A DNA stretch of 32,806 nucleotides from Octopus sinensis (GCF_006345805.1 NW_021832743.1:1-32806); one strand, 5' to 3'; positions 12,334 to 25,440 are shown, numbered from the stretch's first letter. A program made the numbers and translations. Notes: generated from the letters alone by a model not told the origin.

Positions 12334-13182
12334 GGTGAACAGGAGAAAAAAATTCTCGTAGCAGTTTAAGGAGGGGAGAAATGCTTCAAATTGCACCCAG
12401 CCAGGTTTCTCTCACTACTATCACATCCAAGTTTTGCGACCTGAGGTCTTTGAGGAAAATCCGTTGTTTCCAATTCGTCGCCTGGCTGCAAACATTTAAA
12501 AACCTTACGCTGAGTGTAAACATGAAGAAAAAATTTGGTCTACCTTAGGTTAGAGATGGGCGTTAACCACTCACGTTTCATTTATTTAGAAGCTAGAGAA
12601 GTCTTAATATGTGTGTGTGTATGTGCGTGCGTGTGTGTGTGAGTCTTCATGTTTAGGTGTGTCCTTATCCTACGATCGCAGCCTGACACGGTGTTGCCTT
12701 TGTTTATGTCTCCAGAAAGCAACTTTCATTGATAGAGGACGGAAGAATAAGGACAGATTACAAAAAAATAAATAATCAGATCCAGTTAATCCGCCGAAAA
12801 CGCTTCAAGGCGGTGCACAAGCATTGCCCAAGCATTGCCAAGTCTGTATGTGTGTGTGTGTGTATGTGTGTGTGTGTTTGTGTGTATGTGTGTGTGTGCG
12901 TGTGTGTATGTGTTCATGTTTATGTGTGTCCTTATCCTATGATCGCAGCCTAGCACGGTGTTGCTTTGTTTATGTCTCTATAAAGCAAAGTTCAGCGATA
13001 GAGGACGGAAGAATAAGGACAGATTACAAATACATAAATAAACAGGTAAAGCTAACCCGACGGAGACGCTTCAAGGCGGTGCCCCAGCATGGCCACAATC
13101 CAATGAATGAAAGAAATCCAAGGAAAAGAGCAATTTACTAAAACCTTCGATGTAAGGATGTACTATGGAGCTTATTACTGCA
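12334..13182 (+). repeat. Left arm of an old inverted segmental duplication (contains a tandem pair of SINE-tail-derived subunits)
   Basis: Reverse complement of 14234-14779, roughly 75-80% identity by eye. Confidence 0.8.
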
Positions 13183-13213
13183 GGTTTCCGAGAGAGAGAA
13201 GAGAAGTAGAATG

Positions 13214-13253
<40 letters not shown>

Positions 13254-13279
13254 TCTTACAATATACTGTGACTGGTTGC

Positions 13280-13690
13280 TGAAATGTGGAAGTGTTATAC
13301 CTCGACGTTGCAAACGCCGATAAATGTTGATAAAGTTTTATCATGGAACGATATGTCACAAACTTTGTGATCTTGGCATAGTTGGAAAATTGTGAGAATG
13401 GCTTCATGACTTTCTGAAGGATAGAAGTCAGGTGGTAGTAGCCAATGGGGCTACCTCCAATGATACGCAAATAAGGACCGGTGTCCCGCAAGACTCTGTT
13501 TTGGGAGCACTTCTGCTCATATTGTCCCTCTCAGAATGCCCTCAGAACGCCACGATCACAAGTTATGCAGATGATACAAAAGTTTCACAGGTAACACAGA
13601 ACCCTGAAGACACTATGCACCTGCAATGTGAGCTGGACAAAATATACAAGGGGGCTGACAAGAATAGCATGCAGTTCATTACTAAAATTT
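13280..13690 (+). mobile_element. CR1-like LINE RT fragment, related to family B
   Basis: ORF 13432-13707 has VVANGATS...GVPQDSVLG...SYADDTKVSQ, colinear with the 21156-21449 ORF. Confidence 0.85.
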
Positions 13691-13780
13691 GCTTTATAGA
13701 GACATAAACAAACCAACTCCATGTCAGGCTGCAATCGTAGGATAAGGACATACATAAACATGAACACACACACACAGATG

Positions 13781-13814
<34 letters not shown>

Positions 13815-13822
13815 TATACACA

Positions 13823-13891
<69 letters not shown>

Positions 13892-14233
13892 CTTCCAACG
13901 TTTAAGTAATGCAACCGATAGGCCGTACAAATTAAGTTATACTTAAGGCATTTAAATGAATTATAAAATAGTTTTAAGGGAGGTAACTCTCAAATTTATT
14001 AAAATATAATTGAGAGTAGCTTCCCTTGAGATAAAATATTTTAGGTTATGTTAGCGTATTTTTTTGCGTGTGTGTTCTTTGTTCGTGTGTTCAAACGCTT
14101 CTATCCTTGAATCTGTTTGTATATGCGGGTTTCTGTGTGTGTATGTGTGTGTGTGTGTGTGTGGTGGGTGGGTGGGTGTGTTTGCGAGAGAAGGAGTGGG
14201 AGGGAGAGAGGAAAGCATGGGAGGTTGGAGTAA

Positions 14234-14779
14234 TGCAGTAATAAGCTCTATAGAACATCCTTACATCGAATCTTTTAACAGTTTGCTCTTCACCCTGGAT
14301 TCCCTTCATTCATTGGATTGTGGCCATGCTGGGGCACCGCCTTCATGAGTTTCTGACGGGTTAACTGGACCTATTTATTTATTTATTTGTAATTTCTCCT
14401 TATTCTTCCGTCCTGAATCGCTGAACGTTGCTTTATATAGACATAAACAAAGCAACACCGTGTCAGGCTGCAATCGTAGGATAAGGACACGCATAAACAT
14501 GAACACACACACACCTAGAGACTTCACAAGCTCCTAAATAAATAGAACTGTATGTTTTAACGCCCATCGCCAAACTAAGTTTTTTCTTCATGTTTACACT
14601 CGATGTAGGGAGTTTAAATGTTTACATCCTGTCATCGAATTGGAAATAAGGGCTTTTCCTCAATGACCTCGTGTCGCTTAATTTGGATGTGGTAGTAGTT
14701 AGAGAAACCTGGCTGAGTGGACTGACAAGCATTTCTCCCCGCCTAAACTGCAACGAGAAATTTATTTCTCCTGGTCACC
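14234..14779 (-). repeat. Right arm of the inverted segmental duplication
   Basis: See 12334-13182. Confidence 0.8.
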
Positions 14780-15240
14780 CAGAATGTGAAGAGGGGCGGT
14801 CGTAATTCTGCTCAAGAAAAACTGGATTTAGCATCAAGAGTAATCTTTATTGATCCGAGGGTGGGAGTAGACTGGTCGTATTTGATGTAAACCTCATCAT
14901 TGATAAGTCTTTCAGGCTGGGGTTGTTTATAAACTCCGACGACCGGACAGTTAGACGATTTTCTAGTCTAGAGAATTTTCTAGGTACGTCACACTCCTTA
15001 GTGGATTGTGTTTGCTCGAATACAGATAGGAGGAAAAACACGTATCTCTTCGATCTGCTTAAGCGTTTTTTGCTGGCAAATCCGTATATACTGGAACACC
15101 CAGACGCTCCAGTGTGGACATGGATGAATAGCGATGGGTCTTCTAGATGTATAGATAAAGATTTTGTAACTAGTGATCAGAAGCCTGTGACCTTAAAGTT
15201 TGAACTCGATAGGTTACATAGGCAAGGTCCCGGCGACTAG
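14780..15240 (+). mobile_element. L1/Tx1-type LINE AP-endonuclease fragment, decayed
   Basis: Broken frames read G.VILL...D..GRLVVFDV...FRL. ORF 14923-15240 has LENFLGT...HPDAPVWTWMNSDGSSRCIDK, resembling the L1/Tx1 APE HP...TW...SRID region. Confidence 0.6.
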
Positions 15241-15254
15241 AATCTCCTTAGTTA

Positions 15255-15460
15255 CCTTGGATTTCTTTAATTCATTGGATTGTGGCCATGCTGGGGCTCC
15301 GCCTTGAAGAATTTTCGTCGTTTTAACTGGACCTATATATTATTTATTTACTTGTAATCTGTTCTTATGCTTCCGACCTGTAACGCTAAACGTTGCTTTA
15401 TAGTGACATAAACAAAGTAACAACGTGTCAGGTTGCGATCAGAGGACAGGCATACACACA
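15255..15460 (-). repeat. Further copy of the diverged SINE-tail subunit (others at ~12640-12830 +, ~12910-13112 +, ~13695-13775 -, ~14305-14505 -)
   Basis: CATTGGATTGTGGCCATGCTGGGGCTCCGCCTTGAAG...GACATAAACAAAG...TGTCAGG motif. Confidence 0.75.
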
Positions 15461-15836
15461 AAATATCTCAGGGACGCATGCACACACACACACACACAAC
15501 ACACATACATACACACACCCTTAATACATAGACGCATTCAGATATGAATGCACTTGCATTCATCCATGCCTGCGTATATTCATACATACATTTATACATA
15601 TATACATACATACACATATATACATATATACATACATACATACATGCATACACACATACATACATACATACACGCATGCATATACATATATGCATGCAAA
15701 CATACCTACATACATGCATACATACAGTCGCACATGCATGCATACATACATGCATACATACATACATACATATATACATACATATATGCAATCACATATA
15801 TATATATACATACAGACACATATAATATATATATAC

Positions 15837-15867
<31 letters not shown>

Positions 15868-15905
15868 AATACATACATACATATATACGTATATATACAT
15901 ACATG
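15460..15905. repeat. (CA)n/(TACA)n microsatellite
   Basis: Direct reading of the sequence. Confidence 0.95.
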
Positions 15906-15907
15906 CA

Positions 15908-18900
15908 TCGTTTTCTGACTACGAAGATGACTCATGAATCCAGCTTTACTGAGGCAGGGTCTTGCACAGACATCGCATGTCAGAATCAAAGGAAGACCCT
16001 TCCCTTCTGGAAGTGTACCAGCGATGCCCTTCCTGACATCCCTCCTTACTTTCTCATGTGCAACTCGAAATTTCTGAAATGTGGCTGTCCCCTCATGCAC
16101 AATCTTTCTCCACCTGCTACGATCAATAGCTATGCCTTCCCATGTGTCAGGAGAGATGCAAGCATCTCTTAAGGAAGCCTTCAGCAAGTCCTTATACCTC
16201 TTTTTTGGTTTATGTGGAGGTCGTTCTTTTTTAGCTAACTCTCCATAAGAGAGTTGTTTTGGGCATCCTTGATCCTTCATTCTGACTAGATGACCACTCC
16301 ATCTGAGCCTTTGCTTTAACACAAGAGCTTCTATACAAAATGTGTTGCATATCAATCTCTGTGTGTGCTACTAGCTCACAATCATCAGCATAAAAATGTT
16401 TTTTTATGATAGAGGTAAATATCTTTGTTTTTGCAGCAAGGCCCCTGATATTAAATATGTTGCCAGAGGTTCGATAGTGGACGTAAACACCGTATCTGCA
16501 GTTTCTGAATGCAATACAGAACACCATCGCGAAATATATGGAAAATAGGGTCAATGCCAGAATATCCCCCAGTTTCACTCCTCTATCATTCACCTTACCA
16601 TTCTTATCTTCATGAAAAGACCTAACCAAAGCAAGGAACTTTTCAGGACCCCCAATTTCTGGAGGACTTTCCACAATGCTTTTCTATTGACGGTATCAAA
16701 GGCTTTTGTCAGATCTACAAAAACCTGATACAAATCAAGACCCTGTTCCACACACTTTTCCTGAAGCTGTCTAACTGAAAAGATCATACCAGCAGTGGCA
16801 CGTCCCACACGAAAGCCAGATTGACTTTCTTGAAGAACACAGTCTGCAACGGATTTCAGCAGACGATCCAGAAGTACCATGCATAAAACCTTTCCTACAG
16901 CAGACAGCAATGATACTCCCCTATAATTACCACAATCATTCCCGTTGCTCTTTCCCTTATACAGGGCCACCATTACAGCATCTCTCCAGTCTATACCTTA
17001 CCAAACAAAGAGTGAAGTTTCTGCAGAAGTTTCTCACCACCATGCTGTAACAACTCCGCTTGTATGCCATCCATTCCCGGAGACTTCCCATTATTCAACC
17101 TTGAGACAGCCATTGCAACGTCTTCCAACTTTCGTGGTTCTGCCAGTGCTGCCTTCACAGGCAATCCAGGGCAGAGATTGAGAACATCCTCACTAACTAC
17201 AGACTGTTGATTCAAAAGTTCATCAAAGTGTTCTTGCCACCTTCGCAGAATTTTTTCTTGTTTTTTTGAAGAACTTCTTTACCATCCGGGTGAATTGGTT
17301 TCGGTGCGACCCGTCAGACTTCTCGCAAGAGACCATACAGCAACTTTGTGTTATTGGAATGATAGCCTGTATCTCACCAGCCTTCTACTCCACCACGCCT
17401 TCGCCATCAGAGCCTTGCCTCGTGATTTTACATCCTTGAGTTCCCTATGCAACACTTCCCTTTCCTGTGGCTTTGCTGACTAATAGCGTGACAAAGTACG
17501 TCTTTTATCAGCCAATAAATCATCTATATGTTCATCATTTTCTTTAAACCAATCTTGATGCTTTCTTTGTATCAATCCCAGAACTTTCTTGCCAATATCA
17601 TAAACTGACTTTTTAAGGGTTGGCCAATCCTCCCCAATATCTACAGCATTCATTTCCTCTCGTAAAGTTCTCTTCACACTATTACACCTAAGACGATCAA
17701 CATCCAGTCTTTTAGGCAGGGTAATCCCTGCAGCTCGGATTTTATGTTTTGTGACTAATTTCACTTTTGCACGTACTAGGCGGTGGTCAGTCCAACACTC
17801 AGCTCCACGAAGAACACGAACACACTGCACATCCTATCTGTCACACACTCTAACAAGGATGTATTCCAGAATATGCCATTCTTTGGATGCAGGGTGCATC
17901 CATGTAGTCTTAAGCTTATTCTTTTGTTGAAACATGGTATTGGTAACACACAGACGCAGCTCCTCACACATCTGCAGCAAAAGCATGCCATTACTATTAC
18001 GCTTCCCCACCCCATGCTTTCCAATTACAGTCCATGTGTTAAAATCCCTACCCACTCTAGCATTAAAGTCACCCAGTACGATGACTGCCCGTGGGATATT
18101 TCTTATAATTCCTTCAAATCATGGTAGAAAGAAAGTTTTTCGTCATCAGTATAGAACATAGTTGGAGCATACACACTCACCAAGGTCATATAATTTCCTT
18201 TAACCAAAGGAATTCTCATGGACATAAGACGCTCGTTAATTCCGACTGGGAATTCTTCCAACTTGTCCACAAGAGTAGTCTTATCAGCAAATGCCGCTCC
18301 AGCTTCTCCTCTAAACTCTTCATTCTTCCCTTTCCAAAAGAATGTATGTTTTCCACAAGATTCTGTAAGATGACCATTTCCAGGTAATCTCGTCTCAGAT
18401 AAAGCAACGACGTCAAGATCATAGCGTTGAAGCTCCTTCGCAACAAGCGCAGTCCTTCTTTCAGGACATTCAGTGGACTTGCGGTCAAGTAGTGTCCGTA
18501 CATTCCAACAGCCAATATTCAATATTTTCTTTGGTTCTATCACAGCAGCATATGATGACGGCCGGGTTCAGACTGTGATGCTCTGGAGCCCCTGCCGGGC
18601 CAAACTCTTTCAGCTGATGTGGTTCCGAGTCCTTACTGCCATTTATTTTATACTGTTTTAGTACATCACTGATTTTTTGCTTTTTAAGGCTACAGCCAGC
18701 CATTCAGTTGAGACTCACAGCGCCATCAACAATCATGAATTAGTTAATCAATTTAATCAATCATCAATGTTGTTATCGTGCAATGCCTGTGCAAGAAGAT
18801 TTATTTTTAAAGTAAGGAAAGGCTGTGCACTGAGTCAGTCCCACTCACTAAGCAACAGCAGCCATAATCCGAAAAGGAACAAGTCACCATCATCGGTAAC

Positions 18901-19258
18901 CACTGAGCCGCAGGTTTTATGTCAGAGTCATCCCAGTTACTTGAGTTACCTTCTCCTAGATAGATGCCCTAACAAAGGCTATGAGTCCTTCACTCCCAAT
19001 GGTTTAACCGCGCGATCGGGTATTCAGTCCGATTTTTCCGGTGCATGATACAGCCTTAAGACATTTATTGGATGGCTGATGACTCTCAAGAATTCCTCCG
19101 CCCTTTGACGTGTTTTGTTTTTCATCCCGCAGGGTGTCCAATAAACACCTTCCTCACCAAGCAAGCTTGGCTGGGTTGCCAGTTTAGTCGCCGACGACAC
19201 GACCATGCAACAGGTGTACTGGGTTACAAGTTCACAGTAGCACTTGAAAGTGACTGAC
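15908..19258 (-). mobile_element. RTE-clade LINE copy 2 with 5' UTR, internally deleted and 3'-truncated
   Basis: LNIGCWNVRTLLD...VALSETR (APE N-terminus), NYRGVSLLS, FRVGR, YADD. About 700 bp of non-coding 5' region at ~18550-19258. Colinear with 7100-9938. Confidence 0.92.
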
Positions 19259-19599
<341 letters not shown>

Positions 19600-19600
<1 letters not shown>

Positions 19601-19938
19601 TACATTCATACATATACACGTATAGATACCCCCACATGCGCATATATACTATCTAAAACAAAATGAAACCTGATTAAGTCCAAAGGGCAGTACTAGATAT
19701 TGTTAGTAATTTATATAGTTGTGGGGTGTAATTAAATGTAAATTATAAGCTAGTCAATGTTTATTCGTTTAAGTTAGCAGCAGAAAAGTTGCATATGTGT
19801 TTGTCTCTTCCTGTGCGAATGCAAGTGTGTCCTCCGCAAGCGAAAACCAAACACACTTACATATTAAACTTTCATGATTATTTAGTTAAGAGATACACAC
19901 TTTTGTCGATATTTTCTATTTTACTCACTTCATTTTTT
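19600..19938. repeat. ~390-bp module, copy 2 (more diverged, shortened)
   Basis: Homologous to 4777-5170. Confidence 0.8.
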
Positions 19939-20125
19939 CAGTTATTTGACTGTGGCCATGGTGGAGCAGCGCCCTTTATTCGAGCAAATCAACCCCAGGA
20001 CTTATACTTTGTAGGCCTAGTATTTAATCGATCAGTCTCTTTTCCAGAACCGCTAAGTTACGGGGACGTGAAAGCACCAGCACCAGTTGTCAAGCGATGT
20101 TGGAGGGATAGACGAACAAACGTAT
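19938..20125 (-). mobile_element. SINE 3' half
   Basis: TTTGACTGTGGCCATGGTGGAGCAGCGCC...AACCGCTAAGTTACGGGGACG...GTTGTCAAGCGATG. Confidence 0.8.
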
Positions 20126-20163
20126 ATATATATATATATATATATATTCATACACAACACACA

Positions 20164-20230
<67 letters not shown>

Positions 20231-20252
20231 CATACATACACACACACACACC

Positions 20253-20304
<52 letters not shown>

Positions 20305-20319
20305 TTATATATTTATATT

Positions 20320-23008
20320 TTTTCTCTTGTTTCAGCTCAGAGCTGCGGCCATGCTGATGCACCGCCGTTTTGTGCTGCACTGTTATTGTGAAGAACCTCG
20401 TCTAATATGTGGCACTTGGTGAAGAATGGAGTTTGATATAGCTACCCTCATTTGCACCTCTTGCCGTGAGGTAGGTTCATCTGGGACTCTCGGCAGGAAG
20501 ATGTCCAGCTTTGATTTAAAAACCGCTACATCTACTTTGTGCAAGTTCCTCGCAGACTCTTTGAGAATATTAAAAGCTGTGGGCCCTTGAAACCCAGGCT
20601 GTTGCAGAAGCTGGTCCTGAGCGTGATGGCATTGCTGGGATCTTTGGCACTATGCAGTGTCGTCCCGTTCTAGCATTGGTGTAGCTTACATTGCCAAAAT
20701 TTGACACAATTCCTTCCAGGATCTTCCAGACATATATTACTGCATACCTCTCCCGTCTCTCCGTCTTCTCTCCAGGGAGTAGAGTCTTAGCTGTTTCAAC
20801 CTTCTTCCCCAGTAGCTGAACTGTTGCAAAGAGACGATCTTCTTTGTGAATCTTCTCTGGATTGCTTCAAGGTCCGCTGTTAATTTTACACTGGTGGGTG
20901 ACCATAGTTGTGAGCAGTAATCCAGGCGGCAGAGGACGAATGTCCGCCAGAGGACCATCATGGTTTCCTTATCTCTGGTTCTGAATGTTCTTAGGTTAGG
21001 GTTAGGGTTAGCCAGTCGTCTGCACTTTGTCGCCATCCTGGTAATGTGCACTTGGAAAGAGGTATCATCACTCATGTCGATACCCAGGTCCCTCACAGAC
21101 TTAGGCTCTGGGATTGAAATTCCCTGTAGACCGGTGTATCCTGTAAGTTTAATATTCAGTTTGGATGCTGGTAGCGCAGGGCCTGGAATTTTTCAGCATT
21201 AAACTGTATATTATTATCCTCAGCCCATCTGTAGATTGAGTCCAACTCCTGCTGCAGGTGTGCAACATCGCTGGGGTTCTGTATTTTCCGCGAGACTTTC
21301 GTGTCGTCTGCATAGCTGGCCAGAGTGGCTATCCGGGCATTTGAGGGCATATCTGAGAGGGCCACTATAAAAAGCAGTGGTCCCAAGACAGTGCCCTGTG
21401 GAACACCGCGCACTATTTGTGTGTTCATAGAGGTGGCTCCATTAAACACTACTGCCTAACTCCTATCTTTCAGGAAGTCATGTAACCACACTCCAAGTTT
21501 TCCAGCTATGTCGAGGTCACGCAGTTTGTGGCATATCATACCATTATCCACCTTGTCAAAAGCTTTTGCAAATCAAGGTAGATTACGTCCACATTTGATT
21601 TGTTGAGTAACTGCCTCAACACCCAGTCATAATGTTGTAAGAGCTGGGTCAGGCAGCTCCTAACTGGTCGATAACCATGCTGGGTATCACTCAACAAGTT
21701 ATTTTCCTCAAGGAATGCGATTAGTTTCTTTCTGACTATCCGTTCCATGACTTTCCTGATGTGTGAAGTCAGAGAGATAGGCCTATAGTTTTGGGTATCT
21801 GCTCTACTTCCCCCTTTATGTATTGGGCATATTATTCTCTCTTTCAGCTTGCTTGGCAGTGTGTCATTCGCAGAAGCTCTGGAAGAGAATCTTGAGGGGT
21901 TTTGCCAGGGCATGCTTACGCTACGAGGCTGGTGATATGGACTGGGAAACCTCTGGACCACATCTGGTGTTCAGTCCATCTTCATCTATGAATGTAGTCA
22001 ACATCTTTATTGCTAGTAAATGTTATTTTCGCTATAAGAACTCCACTGGTGTCAGTTCGCTTGTTGTGTTCCACAGATGGTAAAGAGACCACTGTGAACT
22101 GTCTTGTTCAATCTACTGCTGAAGTTTCTGAACTGAGTAGGAGCAGTCCTTGATGAGGGTCCTATCCTTGTGATCATGGTCCTAGTCTTGTTAGTTTTCG
22201 AAAGTAATGAAGGCCTTGTTTGATTGAATATTTTTTATAACCTATTTTTTGTCTGTTTCCCCTTTGGCTGGCTTGATTTAATATTGTGCAAAGCCATGCT
22301 TCTTCGATCTCCATCGTCATATTTAGGCGTTTGTCGCCACTGTTTTTTGGCGATGTTAACTGGTGGATTTGCACACCTTCGTCCATCGTCTCAGAGGATC
22401 TTCTCTGTCTCTTGGAATCTTGCTCCGATTTGTTTTCCTTGGCTCGGGACATATTTCTGGCATACGGCTTGCACAGAAGACATGAAACTTCTACTTTCAT
22501 GTCAATGTCTGGTGGGAGAGACATTCCGGCCAGTCCTCTCTGGGGATCTCTTTTTGGATCGATTTCTACTGCTTTGTGGAAGTTCAGATTGGAGAGATTT
22601 CGGGTGCTTCCTTTAGGCTGTATGCTCTGGTCACTTTTGGACCAAACATAGACAGCTCTATTATGTTGTGATCTGAAACTGATGTCGTGTCACTTTCACA
22701 TCATGAATGATGTCCATATTGTTCGTGAAGCAGAGATCCAGAATGTTATTCGCCCTAGTTGGCTTGAGTACAATTTGCTCCATGAATAAGGCATTGGTGA
22801 GGTTGAGCAGGGGCTCCACCTTTACTTTCTTGCAATGATTCATTCCTGAGAGTATGTGACCTTCGGGCCATTTGACGTTGGGGAAGTTGAAATCACCGAT
22901 AAGAAATATGGTCATGTGTGTTTCCAGATTCATGAGGATTTCTTTAATTATTGTGAGGCAATCTTCAAACTTGCCTGTGTGATTTGGGGCATCCGGTGGG
23001 CAATATGT
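20320..23008 (-). mobile_element. CR1-like LINE family B: mid-endonuclease through RT to an intact 3' end
   Basis: Fragments read IGDFNFP, PTRANNILDL, NYRPISLTSH, QHGYR, YLD, GVPQGTVLGPLLF, YADD, RLDYCSQLWSP and SLERRR. The ORF ends RRGSSQ* (TAA at 20383-20385), followed by a short 3' UTR with a hairpin. Confidence 0.9.
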
Positions 23009-24370
23009 ATTATGCTTCATTTCCTTTATTGCTGCTAAGACATCAGGAGCGCCAAAGGTTATGTCCGATAAAGTGTATTGGGGAGTAACATCACTGATAC
23101 AGCCCAGATCAGTCATATCAGATCAGGATTGCTGAAAACAGAGCAGTATTGTTTCTGCAATATCTCTCCCATGGTTTTGGCATTGTCTTGAAGAGTACCA
23201 TTTTCATCAATCAGAGGGCCAACAGTAGAACCAGTGACTCTGTTTATTTTGGCAAATGAAAAGAACACTTTGTGATTGAGTTTGATCTTCTCATGGCCCA
23301 CCTCTTCAGCTCTTCTCTGACTATTGATGATAGACATCATGTTGTTTTGGAGTTTATGTTTTTAATCTCTAGCGACGAGATGGCAGTCAGGTTGGTGTGT
23401 TGCTGTTGACAGTATTTCAGCTCGTTGATTTTTTTTGTTAATTCTTTTAATTTTTCCTGATGAGATATTTTCTATTCTAGGGATTCGACACTTAGATTTG
23501 TTTGCAGATCTTAATGGGGTGGTTTGCACATATGTTCGTAATGGTGTCTACAATGACTGCCAGGACTTTTTGATGTTAGTGGGTGTGTATGTGTGCGTGA
23601 AGGACAATCGACTTGTGCAAGATCATTATTGATCGCTTCCCAGTTTTGCATTGTGGAAATCCATAGTGTCAAATGGATGAACAGGAGGGATGACATTTGT
23701 TTTGCATTTTTGGCCGGTGAAATCTCAGATCACAGAGAACCATGTCATGGTCGGAGAGTAGGGTTTTCTCCACTGCAATATTGTGGATAGTATCAGTGTG
23801 ATTGCTGAAAATTAAGTCTAAGACGTTTTTGTGACATCTCGTTGGTTCGAGCACCAGTTGGGACAGGAAGAAATCATCCATGAAGTCAAGAAGCGATTCC
23901 ACTGCCTCCCTGTCAGGGGTTGAGAGAGAAGAACCTGGCAGAAACTGTTTGTAGACCAGTCAACCCCGGAAGGTTGAAGTCTCCCATCATTAAAATGTTG
24001 TCAGTTTGACACTGCTGAATGAAACACTTTATGTTGTTGAGGCATTCCTTGAAGCATGGTAGGGGCGTTTGGGGTGGTCTGTAGCCCAACTACTGTTAAG
24101 TTGTTGGTTTGACTGAATATAGCGACTGCTTCGCAGTATCCATTGGAAATATGTTCATAGCTTCTGTTGAGAATGAATCATGAACATAATGGCAGTCCCA
24201 CCCTTTCTTCTGCCAGCACGATCAGCACGAATGGCTTTGAAATTTTTAACTTTCACCTCGGCTTCCAAGTGGAGGTCACTAAGATGGGTTTCAGTGAGGA
24301 CGAAGAAAGGGATGTGGTTTGGATGGGCATCGATCCAGTCCTCCAGAAATTTTATCTTCCATTTTTGAGT
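23009..24370 (-). mobile_element. CR1-like LINE, endonuclease + linker only (a different family from B, possibly family A)
   Basis: LTETHL, RADR...KGG, MGDFNL, EPTR..NVLDLIF, LSDHDMV, then linker FFSFAK...VGPLIDENG and LSDITF...VLAAIKEMKHN. Confidence 0.85.
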
Positions 24371-24373
24371 ATA

Positions 24374-24411
<38 letters not shown>

Positions 24412-24478
24412 CATAGGTATAATACCTACATTATATATATAAAATTATAATTTATGAATATTATAAAATACATATATA

Positions 24479-24521
<43 letters not shown>

Positions 24522-24533
24522 ATATACAGAAAT

Positions 24534-24920
24534 ACATGCATTCATACATATAGACGTGTATAATACCACATACGCATATATACTATCTAAAACAAAGAAA
24601 CCTGATCATGTCCAAAGGGTAGTACTAGATATGGTGAGTACTTTACATAGTTTTCGGGTGTAATTAAATGTAAATTATAATGTTTATTTGTTAAAGTTAA
24701 CAGCAGAAAATTTGCATGCGTATGTTTGTATCTTCCTGCGCGAATGCAAGTGTGCCCTTCGCATCAAAAACAAACGCGCCTACATCTTAAACTGTCATGC
24801 CTTTTATCAATATGTCAAGGGAAGTAACTCTAAAAGTTGATTTTCAGTTATCTCCCTTACTGATGTAGTTAAAAGAATATAAACTTTTCTGGTTATTTTC
24901 TATTTTACACACTTAATTTT
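24534..24920. repeat. ~390-bp module, copy 3
   Basis: Homologous to 4777-5170. Homology continues through the two downstream SINE pieces to ~25441 (matching ~5530). Confidence 0.85.
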
Positions 24921-25131
24921 TCAATTATTTGACTGCGGCCATGGTGGAGCAATGCCTTTATTCGTGCAAATCGACCCCAGACTATACTTTGTAGGCCTAG
25001 TATTTAAACTATCGGTCCCTTTTCCCGAACCGCTAAGTTCAGGAATTGTACACCACCACACGTTGTCCAACGATGTTCGAGAAATAAACAGACATTACAA
25101 ACACACACACCACACACACACACACATATAG

Positions 25132-25174
<43 letters not shown>

Positions 25175-25189
25175 ATATATACTATATAT

Positions 25190-25257
<68 letters not shown>

Positions 25258-25440
25258 ACATAATATATATATATCCATGCCGAAGCAGCGCCTTTTTTCG
25301 CGAAATTCGAACCCAATACTTATTTTTTGTAGGCCTAGTATTTAATCTATTTCTCTTTGACGAAACGCTAAGTTACGGGGACATGAACACACCAGCACCG
25401 GTTGTCAAGCGTGTTGGGGATAAACAGACATACAAACGTG

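Noticed and set aside
18485-18703. 72-aa upstream ORF overlapping the RTE ORF start as a real ORF1
   Set aside because: It cannot be distinguished from a frameshifted N-terminus in a decayed single copy.
19070-19110. CTGATGA in the RTE 5' UTR (other instances inside LINE ORFs, e.g. ~23457)
   Set aside because: No stem II/GAAA/stem III follows.
19170-19258. HDV-like ribozyme at the RTE 5' end (GG..CTAA followed by ACTGG able to pair with upstream CCAGT)
   Set aside because: I could not find a P1 helix or a correctly sized P3/L3, so the fold cannot be built by eye. It is worth an RNArobo search on the family consensus.
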